Part shown: in pieces, positions 48,881-60,079 of the stretch
Numbering within the stretch: position 1 is the first letter of the stretch
How the letters are laid out: every line of letters begins with the position of its first letter
NCBI GenBank assembly: GCA_021613535.1
Contig: CP075496.1
Span: 930,001 to 994,000 of the forward strand
DNA from: Adineta vaga
Lineage: Eukaryota; Animalia; Rotifera
Reading direction: 5' to 3'
DNA: 64,000 bases
Translations under genes and position numbers: made by a program
The notes under the pieces: generated by a model
The model's database searches: none
What the model saw: only the letters and a program-made list of their open reading frames with translations
Told to the model about the DNA's origin: nothing

Positions 48881-51800
48881 TCATGTCCTTGATGAAGATC
48901 TTGGATTTATCTTTATAACATTTTCCAAATGAAGTGGTTCACCTGTAGCCGAACAAACAATTTCCAGATGCGCTGTATATCGCGAATTTCGTGATGAGTT
49001 GGACGTATTTGTTGAAGACGGGATTGGTAGCTAAATGAGAAGTTGTTAGTTGTCGCCAAGCAAGGAAAAGTTGATACTTACAGGAGTAACTTCAGTTATA
49101 GAAATATTTTCCAACGTTACTAATATTTCACCATTTCCTAACAGTTGACCATTTCTTTTTTGCTTTCCACATTTAGTCGGATCGTTCCTAAAAAAAGATT
49201 CGTATTAATAATGTTATTTAAAGAGAAAAATATAGTAATTTGTTGAAGTATCTCTTACATCGCGCTTTGGATCATAGTTTTAAAATGAGCTCGTTTCATT
49301 TGTTGTATAATTGTATTGGTTGGAACTTGTCTTCCTTCAACTTTGTATCTATTATCTGTTTGGTTATTATTCTCTGTACTTGACTCTGACGGAAAGCCAT
49401 AATCATCCACTTGATGTTCACTATTTGCGATATGCTTATCATAAAATAACATATGTTGACTATTTTTTCTTTTTGCACCACCAATAAATAAGGTATCATT
49501 GTGATATTGTCTCAGAAATTGTATATCATACATTGCTGCTGCCAATTGTGGTTTATTTTGTTCCATTTGTGTAACTGTTTGTTGTCTTAATTGCTGTCCA
49601 TCATATCCAATTTGAGAACCAATTGCATTAAACAAACAATCAAATCTAGAACAAAATAAAAGTAAAAATTTTTTCTCATGTTATTAATTCATTTTTTTAT
49701 ACCCTTCAGTATTTTGAAGATTTTCTCCATTTGGTGTCGTCCAATGTCCTATATCATCTGGTGTATCTGGAGGAATATAAACTAATTCAACTGCAGGTTG
49801 AGATGTATCACTACCAATTACTTGTTCAACTCGTCCATTTGTATCACGAATTATAAATCTTCTCTTAGTTACATCAGATAAATATCCAATATGATGAATT
49901 CCACCTGGTGCTCCATATTTTAAATCTTGTATTTCATCATCTGCAGCTGTTAATGATACATCATTGACTTTTTCTTTCCTTTCAGCTTCGCTTAATTCTC
50001 GATGATAAACAACATTACGTTTCATATGGAAAAGATCCAATTGATTATTAATATTATTATTGAAATTTGACAATAAACCATTTACGCCAGCTGCAACTAA
50101 CGGTGGAACAAGAGCACATTGTAAAAATTGACAAACTATTTTGCTGATTTTTTGCGTGATTTCATCGGAAAATTCTTCCACAGTTAAGAATAATTGTTCA
50201 TTTTCAGCTTGTTTTTCGTGAGTTTGATAACCATTAGAATTCTTCGACTGTTGTGGCTCAGCACATTTTACTTCATTTAGAATTTTTTTCACATCTTCTG
50301 ATTGACCTAACTTCTCAATCTCCTTATCGAGCAGGAAAGCAATGGTAGTTAATTGTTTGAGTACAGGTGTTAATTGTGCGCTCACTGATATGGCAGTTGC
50401 AGTAGCAGCACTAACTTTCGATGAAGTTAAATTTAATAGGATTCTACCAATTGATGAACAGCATTGTTCAAATGCCGGTTGATTGATTTCATTCATTACT
50501 TTTTGTGTTAATTTACTGGCGTAAAAACGATTTCTTCGTTTTGCGTCACAATCCATCAAACGACGTAAACTTTCATTATTTTTATAACGTAATTTAAATA
50601 ATTCAGTAATACCACTCTGAATACATTCTTGAACAATCGGTAAGATTGTTGCTGATATTCCATAATTAACTAATGACATAGATACTTCAATCGCAGCACG
50701 TTTAACTCCTTCAAAAGCCAATTTCTTTCCGCCAATAATAAGACCTTCTTTAAAACTTTTCGTCCAAATTTCTTTCACACCATTGGAAACAGCATTTTTC
50801 ACGGTCATTGCAGCATTTTTAGCAGTTCGTGCCGCAGCTTTTAATGCACTAAATCCAGCACAAGCAATAGTTATGGCAAAACTAATTGCTTTTTGTATTC
50901 CCCATTGTTTCCAACTAAAATTTCGATTGATAATTCCATCTTTAACACAAGTAATTAAATCACTAATTCCTTCTTGTAAAATTGAAAGACCGAATCCCGC
51001 TCCAGCACCTGCACTGAATACAGCCAATGACACACCAACCAGTGCTTGTCCAATTCCCATTAAACCAACACCAATTACTGACCACCAATCAATGGGTTTT
51101 CGTTCATTGAATATAATAGTTCCGATAAATCCATTTGTTTCAAATAATTCGATCTCTTTGGCATAAAGTTCTTTCTTTTCTATTGAAGGTAATGATTCAA
51201 TCAATGGTATTCGTTCAATTTTAATTTCTCGTTTATTGTTCAAAGCACTTCCAAGTATTCCATTTTCAATTGACAATTTATTTTCTTCTAAATATTTCAG
51301 ATAATCTGTTAATTTTTTTCTTTCATCATCAGTTAACTTGTTTTCATCAAGTTGCAATTTCAAGTTTTTTAATTCTTCATCAACTGGACGTCCTATAGCT
51401 GCATTAATTGAATTAATTAAAGTACCATATAAATTTTTTAAATGAAGTAAATACTCATGAAGAGGTGAAGTATCTGATGCGACTGGAAATAACATCAGTG
51501 TTGGATCTAATACATCATTAATAATTCTTCTCGATTCTTTGAAATCATCAATCGATTTTTTCAGAAAAAATACATCGTTACTTTTTTTATATTGCAATGC
51601 ACGAGCATAAGCTCTACTATAATAGGCGCTTGCAGCAATATCTCGATCCATTTCAATTGCTTTATCCAACATTTGGATGGCGTCAGCAAGATTTTTTTGT
51701 TCTTTTAAATAAATATTTGCCATGTTTACGTAATACATTGGATTGTCAATTAATCGATTTTCAGGATCATGTGAACAATCGGATTTAAATTCATCAAATG

Positions 51801-54800
51801 ATTGTTGTAAACTTTCATGGTTTTTTGAATCTGATTCAATTAACCATAAGCCAAATCTTTCTCTTAAAGCATTTTTAGCTGCATCTTTTTTATCTGAAGG
51901 AAAGGGATCAATAATCACATTTTGTAAATCACGAAATTTTTGAAATAATTCATCTTTAATTAAAATTTCGTTAACTTGTTTTAATGCTGAATGAATCATT
52001 TCATTTTGAATTATATCTCGATATTGTCTCATGTCATTTAATAATTGGAAACCATTTTTATCATCATATTGACATGTTTGTGTGGCTTCAGATAAATCAA
52101 TAATAAATTGACTTGTACCTCGATAACCTATACGTGAAGTTCTTCCCTGATTCTGTCGTTCAACACGATCATTATCCGGTAAAAAAGTAATACAAACATG
52201 TAAACCACCATTTTCTTCTACTTCTTTACTCACAGGTATATCAGTTCCTCGTCCGGCAATATTTGTGGCCACAATTACGCATCCAGCTTCTAACGTATCT
52301 GTTACAGCAACTTTTTCATCGGCTTCAGTATACAATCGGATCGAATTTTGTGGAAGTATTGCTTGGAGACATTCGCTAATGCGTTTTGCTTTTTCAATAA
52401 ATTTTGTAATAATTAAAACAGCTCGTTTCTGTCGTAGCTTTTCTGTTGAACTGTTAGAAATATATTTGAGCCAAACTGCCTCCGAATAAGTAAATCGTGG
52501 TCGTAATTCTCGATGACGACGTTCACGAAACGGTGGAATTATCAGACAATCAGCAGAATAAATTTCACGAAATAATTGTTGAGTGGATTCATCACCAATC
52601 GTTCCAGTTAATCCGATTAAGTTTGTCTGATAACGTTTAAAAAATGTTACATGAGAAATAAAATTTGTTGTAATATGTTCAGGTTCAACAGCACAACCAT
52701 GCTTCATTTCTAGAAAACAATGTAAACCATCATTCCAACGCATTGTATCGTGTATAGTTCCGGTGTTAGCTGCATCAACATAAACAATTCGTTTATTTTT
52801 TATAATATACTCTCGACCTTCTTTCATTTCAAACTTTGCATAAACAGCATTTCTAATCCATCTGGATAATTTACTTCGAGTGAAATTCTGTAAATGTTTT
52901 GGAATAATTAATTTTTCTTTTAATGAATTACCAGTTGAATTGTCATCTAAGCGAATATGATCTTGAAGTAATGGTAAAATAAGTTTTTCAGCAAAGTCAT
53001 AAATAGATTCATTTAATAATTCAGGAACAGTATTATTATTTTCATCTTCGCATAATTTATACCAATGATCATTTTTACATGAAACAATTTTTGCTAAATT
53101 GATGACTTGATTCCATATAATACCTTTGACTGGTAATAAGTAAGATACAGCAGGAACAGAACCGGAAAGACGTAAAAGATGTTGTCGACCATCAATCATC
53201 ATATTATCGACTTCATCAACAATAGCAAAATCACATTTTCGACCACATCGAACTCCATTTTCATCAAATTCATCTCGTAAAATATCTGCTTCGAAATCAT
53301 CGGCGGAACCATAAATTACATCAGCTTCATAAACTGGATTAAACTGGAAAAATTTTGCTAACATCTGTCCTAGTTTTCGACATTGTCCATATTCATAATC
53401 TAAACTGGTTGTTTCAGCATTGCAAGCTACATTTAAATGAAAAAACGTATAGAAAGTTTTCATTTCTTTAGATTGAATTTTTGCTAATTCGCTTGAACTT
53501 GTAATTACATCAACTTTGAATCCTTGTAAACATTTAATCACAGCTAAAACAGAAACAATTCGAGTTTTTCCTTCGCCAGTATTGATTTGTAAAACTCGCG
53601 ACGAATCTCCACGAGAATTCAAAGCTAAAAGCACAGACAGCCTCTGTGCTTTGTGCATTTTTTTACCAAATAATGAATTCGAAACATGAATGACAAACGC
53701 AATTTGTGTATAATAATCTTCATTTTTAATATTTGACATAAAAGATTTCAATTGATCGATTTCGGTAATATGTGAAAATTTATCCATCATTTTCATAAGT
53801 GTTTCAAAATTCATTAATAATTTGTTCTGCTCAAATGCTGTTAGAGAAGTACGATTCATATCATTAATCGTCTCAGTCAATTCATTTAAATTCAATTCAT
53901 TCATTTCAGAGGGAAAAGACATTTGTAATGCATATGCATGAATCTTTTTTGGCCATGTTGATGCATGTTCATTGTTCTTTCTTAAATCAAATACATGTCG
54001 ATCATAACGTAATTCATAATCAATAATAATCCAAAGAACGCTATTTAAATATTGAAGATTATCTTCGCTTTCAACCAGTTCGATTAATTGAAATATATCA
54101 TCCGTTTCCCATAAGTTCATCATTGTCTCAAGATTTGAACATAGTTCATTGTAAATTGACATTGATGTAATTGATTTACCAATTTTTCGATCGATTTGTT
54201 GAATAAAACTAAAGCAAAGAAGTTTTTTCTTACACATACCAATATTAATTGTAAGATTTTGGAGAAGAAATGTTTCTAAATCACCAATAGTTAGATGTTT
54301 AACATCGTGAGTGAAACAATCGAAAAATTCTTTAAGAACAGAAATTGCAAATGGTAGTGGAAGTGAAGATATAAATTGATCGATAATTTGAATATTACAT
54401 TGAAAAACATTTCTTGAATTATATAATTGATTTTTAAGAGTGTTTTCAGTAGTATTATTTAATAGTTGTGGAAGATTTTTTTTTATCCATAAAAATTTTA
54501 ATTCAACGAGAATTTCATCGAAATCAGTGCCTTGTTTTTTACAATTTGTTAATAAATATTGAATAACATGTGGTCCAATTTGAATATAAATAAAAAGTTC
54601 CGACAAATTACGAATATGACAAAGGTACGGTGTAGTTGATTGTCGAGTTATTATTGTATCAAGAATTTCATCAATAGGATGAGCATTTGGAACTTTTGAT
54701 ACAGCAATTATTCGATCTTCGAGTTCTGAAATAACGATTGGATTAATAATACATGACGAAGATTGTTGACAATTAATAATAAGAATTTCTAATTTATTTT

Positions 54801-54825
54801 TCCAAGTTCTTGATTTATCAGCCAT
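48881..54825 (-). CDS. Large SecA-like ATPase protein with TM hairpin, permuted OTU-like domain and C-terminal domain (~1,900 aa, 4 coding exons)
   Basis: QINTGEGKT, VDVITSS.ELA, ILRD, AIVDEVD, NTG..RWNDGLH.FLEMKHG, GLTGT, ATNIAGRGTDI, GGLHV, RVERQNQGRTSRIG. Introns at 49702-49646, ~49258-49188 and ~49081-49031. Confidence 0.88.
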
Positions 54826-56191
54826 TATTTTAGATTGTTTAAGTTTCAAGCTATGGATGTTCGATAAGCATCAGTATTTTATCTAGAAAATTTAATACAA
54901 AATGTTAGAACATTAATAATCGATTATTGTAATGATTATTTATATTCTGTATGCCTTCTAATCGAATGCACACTTTTTCGTTTTTCATTTGTAGCTATTA
55001 TACAATAGGAAAAAACGGATTTCGTGTAACACGAAAAATGATGTAACTGTTTTCCAATAGCGTGACGTCGCAACATAAGAGGAGAGCTTTCTAATAATAA
55101 AAAAATTTCGTCAATTGTTTTTATTCGTTTCAAAAACGAAAACAACAAACAAACCCAATACGGTGATTTTTGTTGTAACGTTGTAACACAATTTTTGTTA
55201 ATCAAATTTATGTCACTTAATATATTCAGAATCAGATGACAGTTGAAAAATAGAGCTCATTCTCTCAGTATTATCAAGATTTTTACCGAAGAATGGAATC
55301 AATGTACCTCAGTGGTAAATCATATTCTGGGTAATAAGGTAAGAAACATTAAAACTATCAAGAAGGTTATTTGATACAAAATTCGAATTATGAAATAACT
55401 GCTCGGCTATTATGAATGTCTTCTTTCAAACTGGATATATAGAAGATAAGTGAGAGGATTCCATTTGTCTATGATTCATCTCTTGCGTCATAAGGTAACA
55501 GAACGAGGAAAAGTGAAGATAAACTACACATCTTGTTCTTCCTATACATAGCGTTAAATATATATGAAGTTCTTTATCTCGGATAAATCCAGAAGTTGTA
55601 TCGAAGTGCGCAAGAAGGAAAGAAAGAAGAAAAAGAGAGATATCAACTAAGAAATATACGAACATATCTGTTTATATATACATAAGTGTGCGTGGAAAAA
55701 ACCCAGAAGACAAAAACCATGTACAACGTATAGATGGAAAAATCCATATAATTGCGTAAGAAATTCGTCTGTGAATCATATTTCTATTTCTCGAAAATTC
55801 CTTTCCTTAAGGGGGGGGGGAGGCCATAAAAGATCAATCTTGTTTAAATTTATGAATGTAGAAATCCATCATATCCTCACTCCGTACGAAGCTGACGCAA
55901 CTGTTCTATTTCAATTCTTTTTATAATAATAAATTATCGAATTACCACCTTCTTTCCACAAATTATTATCTTCTTCATGTTGAAATATTTTATGTTTTTG
56001 AAAAACTAATTTAAAACAGAGATGTGATATAGCAACAATTAGTATTTTTCGATAAGTTGTGATATGCAAGCACTTTTATTTCCGTTTTTATGTATCTTGA
56101 GTTTCTTGAACATGAAAAGGAATCTTTCTACTTGAAATTTAGTATTCATTACAGCACCATCATTATATTAGATACAAGCTCAATTCAGTTT

Positions 56192-57033
56192 CTTTCGTGT
56201 CATTGTTTAATCATGTATAATTGATCTTTTTTTTCACATTGTACAAAATATTATCAAAAAAAAAGAGGAGAAGAAAAAGAAGAGGAAAAAAAGAAAAGAA
56301 GCGCAGTACACCACGATGAGTTGAATAGAAGAAAAATGTTTAAAATACACACATACACTTGTTGAGAAATATAACACACATGAAGGAAAAGGAAAAGAAA
56401 AAGGTCTCATGACTAGTATTATATATGTATATATATTTTAGAAGAAAGGAAAGAATAAAACACTAATGGGACGGACCAATAGCACCTGTTTTAAAATAGA
56501 TATAAGATGTGAATGAATACATATTTTAATTTGTTGAAGATGATACAGATGGTTTCCATGGTTTAACACGAACTCGATAGAATTTCGTATATAATGGTAC
56601 ATTAAAACGATTGTTTGGTTTTTTTGCTTGACAATATTCTTTATCAGTTACTTGACCAAGTAATGGTGTAGTCATTTGACTGAAATTACCAGGTCCAAAC
56701 AATGTCGAATTCATCATTGATGTGTTAATCAATGGTGGAATTATTGATGTGGTATTTTCAGCAGTAGTAGATATTGAATCAATAAGACTTGTTGTATTAT
56801 TTATCTGTTGTTTTAATTGAATATTAAATAATTCATAACAATCTGAATGAATAAAATGAAGTGTAGGTAAATAAGTATAGATCATGATGACATGATCAGA
56901 TCGATTGACAGTGAAAAAAGCAATAGGTGTTGCTTGTGGTGAAGGATGTGTTGATATTGTTGAAAGACGTGATGCTGATGATATACTTGGTGATGAACTT
57001 AGAATTGATGATGGAACAGGAATGGTGTTTTGG
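56192..57033 (-). pseudogene. Partial duplicate of the RB1CC1 last exon + 3' UTR
   Basis: Direct repeat of ~59744-60633; Claw-domain peptide with a 30-bp in-frame deletion (IYFDTTYQHY); no upstream exons. Confidence 0.88.
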
Positions 57034-57401
57034 ATCGATAGTACTGATTGAATTTATAAAAATTCTTTTGTTCATATATATGTAATTTAGAATAAAACGA
57101 AAGCATTGAAATAATTTCTAGACTTTATCATTTGATTATTTCATTCATTAATGTAGCGTTATAATTTGCCAAGTATATGAATCAATAAATTCTATATGAT
57201 GCAAAAGTTCATTGAATTTGAGCAAAGAAAATTGTCTAGTACACGTACAATAATGCGTTGATTAATAAGGTTCAGCACAAATATCAACGTGTACAAAGTG
57301 GCGGAGAAAATGAACAGAATACTGTAGACGAAGACGAAAAGTTTTTCGAAGACAATACTAGAACCGAAGTATTTTTCATTGAAAACATATGTACAAATCT
57401 T

Positions 57402-58428
57402 CTAGGCTTTCCACATGATCACTCGATTACGTTTCTGCCCATTCGCATCTAATAATGGCTGGTCATCATCATCGTCGTCGTCGTCTTCGTTATCAATCAT
57501 CCCATCCGGACCCCATCCCCATATAGTTGATGGAGTTTCATTTTGTATTCGTGCTATTTTTGGTGATATTCCATCGCTATGACACATACAGACAAAAAGG
57601 GTTTCCAAAAGAGGAAAAGAATTTTTCATCTTACTTTGATTTACGTTTTCTTTTCGGAGATTGGTTTTGTGTCACTGATGCTACTGACGGTAAATTTTTG
57701 GTTACTATTGTTGGTATTGATTTAATCAAAGCCAAGTTGAGTTTATTAAAACTTAATAAATAGTCGTTTGTTACCACTTGTTTACTTCTCTTTTCTCTAA
57801 GAATAACGTGATCGATCTTGAAAATATTCTTTTCTGTGTTTGTATAATCACCAACTACGTCGACCACTGAGCCAAAGAAATGTCGTTCAATGGAATCACC
57901 AGCTTCTCCAGCTAGTGCATGAGTTGCTGGTGAAGAAAATCGTTCATCATAATCACCATGTGGCATCTGACGACCCATCTCAGCGAGACAAGCATGAGCA
58001 ACTTCATGAAGTAATTTAGCATAGAAAAAAAAAGCTAAACGAGAATATGTTTCGATATCGTTTGTATCAATATCAATTGATCCATTAATAAGAGATCTAT
58101 TCAACGTAATTTCATCAAATGACGAGCTTCGTCGATGACCAAGAGAAAATATCGACCAATTATCAGCAAATGAATCTATTTTCAAATTAATATTTTGAAG
58201 AACTATAACTTGATGTTGATAAATGGTGAGAATATGTTTAAGAGATTCAGTTAGATCAAAAAGTGGTTCATTGCGAAGTGTAGGCACACATGTTTGTGCG
58301 AATTTCACAGAAAGATTGGGATTAGCTATGGTGGTTTCGATCAGTTGAAGAGCTTTAACAAACGATGGTGTTTTTAACAGCTGTTCATCAATTCGATGTT
58401 GCTGAAAATATCGAAACGGCTCATCCAT
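57402..58428 (-). CDS. HExxH (zincin-like) protein with GEAG..E..FFG motif, 2 exons, acidic tail
   Basis: KLLHEVAHA ... FSSP ... GEAGDSIERHFFGSVV; short intron at ~57633-57578 leads to ...WGWGPDGMIDNEDDDDDDD...WKA*. Confidence 0.7.
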
Positions 58429-60079
58429 ACTAAATTTTATTTCTAAAACAATAAAATAAAACATTAAAAGAAGAAGATACATTCTCAGAGGATCAAGAAC
58501 AATTTTTTGTAATATTTCGATATCAACAATATGAAACTAATGAGAAAACTGGAAAAAGTCTAAGAAAATAACTTTTACTACATTATTATAATACCGATCG
58601 TTAATCAAGTTTCATTTCATTGCAATAAAAATAAAAAAGTCGTTCATTAACAAAGAATTTTTTCGATTTGCTATATGGTGTAGTGCATTCTCCAAGCTAA
58701 AATGAGTTAAATGAACAGGGCGTGCGACAGATGTCTCTCTTAGTTAATATCGCCATTTCAATCTTTTATATTATTTAAAAAAGTTCTGTATATTATTTTA
58801 TTTTTCCTAACAATATTGTTCAAATCAATTGGGTAATTGCATTCAATGAATTGAAATTTATATTAGGAGAAACAGTGGCTCATATTTATAAATGGAACAG
58901 TATTATTCAAACTCAATTCTATTAGGATTATCTTTATTCATATAATAAAAACTAACGATCCTTATCAACTTCAATAAAAAATTTCAAGATTTCCTAATCA
59001 TCTTTACACGAGATGATATATTCGAGATATTAGTTATTCATATCAATTCGAATTGATATGATCAAAAAACAGAACTACCTATTCATGTCTGAATATGTTG
59101 AGATTGAAGCTGATAGCATAAAGAAAGGTATTATATCGTATAAACAGAGGATTTGAGTCTTGCAGAAATTAAAGTAATTACTAAAGATTAGTAAATGTAT
59201 TGTGGTTGATACCAATTGATTTATTCTATGATAATGATAGTCTACTTGTTTTGCCAGACTAATTGATAATGGAATATGCTTAATCGTATTCTATTATTAG
59301 ACTGATAATAAGATGCGGTCTTTTATTTAAAGTGTATCTATAGAATACTTGTTCTTCTTTTTCTTTTTGACTTGTCTATTTATTGTGTTAATTTCAAATT
59401 ATTTTTGAGAGATAAATACTATTTGAGAAAATAGTTGGTAGAGCATATGTACTTGCCACCATTGATATTACAACTATATAATAGACATTGTCATGTACAT
59501 TTATTTTTTAAATGTGGATTTCATCAAAATGATTTCGATATGTAGCTTATTCATTGAAGGCAAACTATCTCAATCGAAAATAGTCATTAATATTATGAAG
59601 ATTTTCATTCAGAGCTCTTTCTTGAACAAACATTACTGTCTTTTACGTATCAAATAAAATCTTACGATGGAGTTCTCATCGTAGTTGCAGTACAATTCAT
59701 AGACAAAATATTATAGAAATTTGATTATTATTTTCAAGTTTTTCCTTTCGTGTCATTGTTTAATCATGTATAATTGATCTTTTTTTTCACATTGTACAAA
59801 ATATTATCAAAAAAAAAGAGGAGAAGAAAAAGAAAAGAAAAAAAGAAAAGAAGCGCAGTACACCACGATGAGTTGAATAGAAGAAAAATGTTTAAAATAC
59901 ACACATACACTTGTTGAGAAATATAACACACATGAAGGAAAAGGAAAAGAAAAAGGTCTCATGACTAGTATTATATATGTATATATATATTTTAGAAGAA
60001 AGGAAAGAATAAAACACTAATGGGACGGACCAATAGCACCTGTTTTAAAATAGATATAAGATGTGAATGAATACATATT

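Noticed and set aside
50783-52489. Plus-strand ORFs inside the SecA-like gene
   Set aside because: Antisense shadows.
49684-54849. Interpretation as a bacterial secA from contamination
   Set aside because: It has spliceosomal introns and host-like composition, carries extra non-SecA domains, and is embedded among animal genes.
55807-55830. TTAA followed by a G-run, resembling a DNA-transposon end or G-quadruplex
   Set aside because: No matching second terminus found; a single G-tract only.
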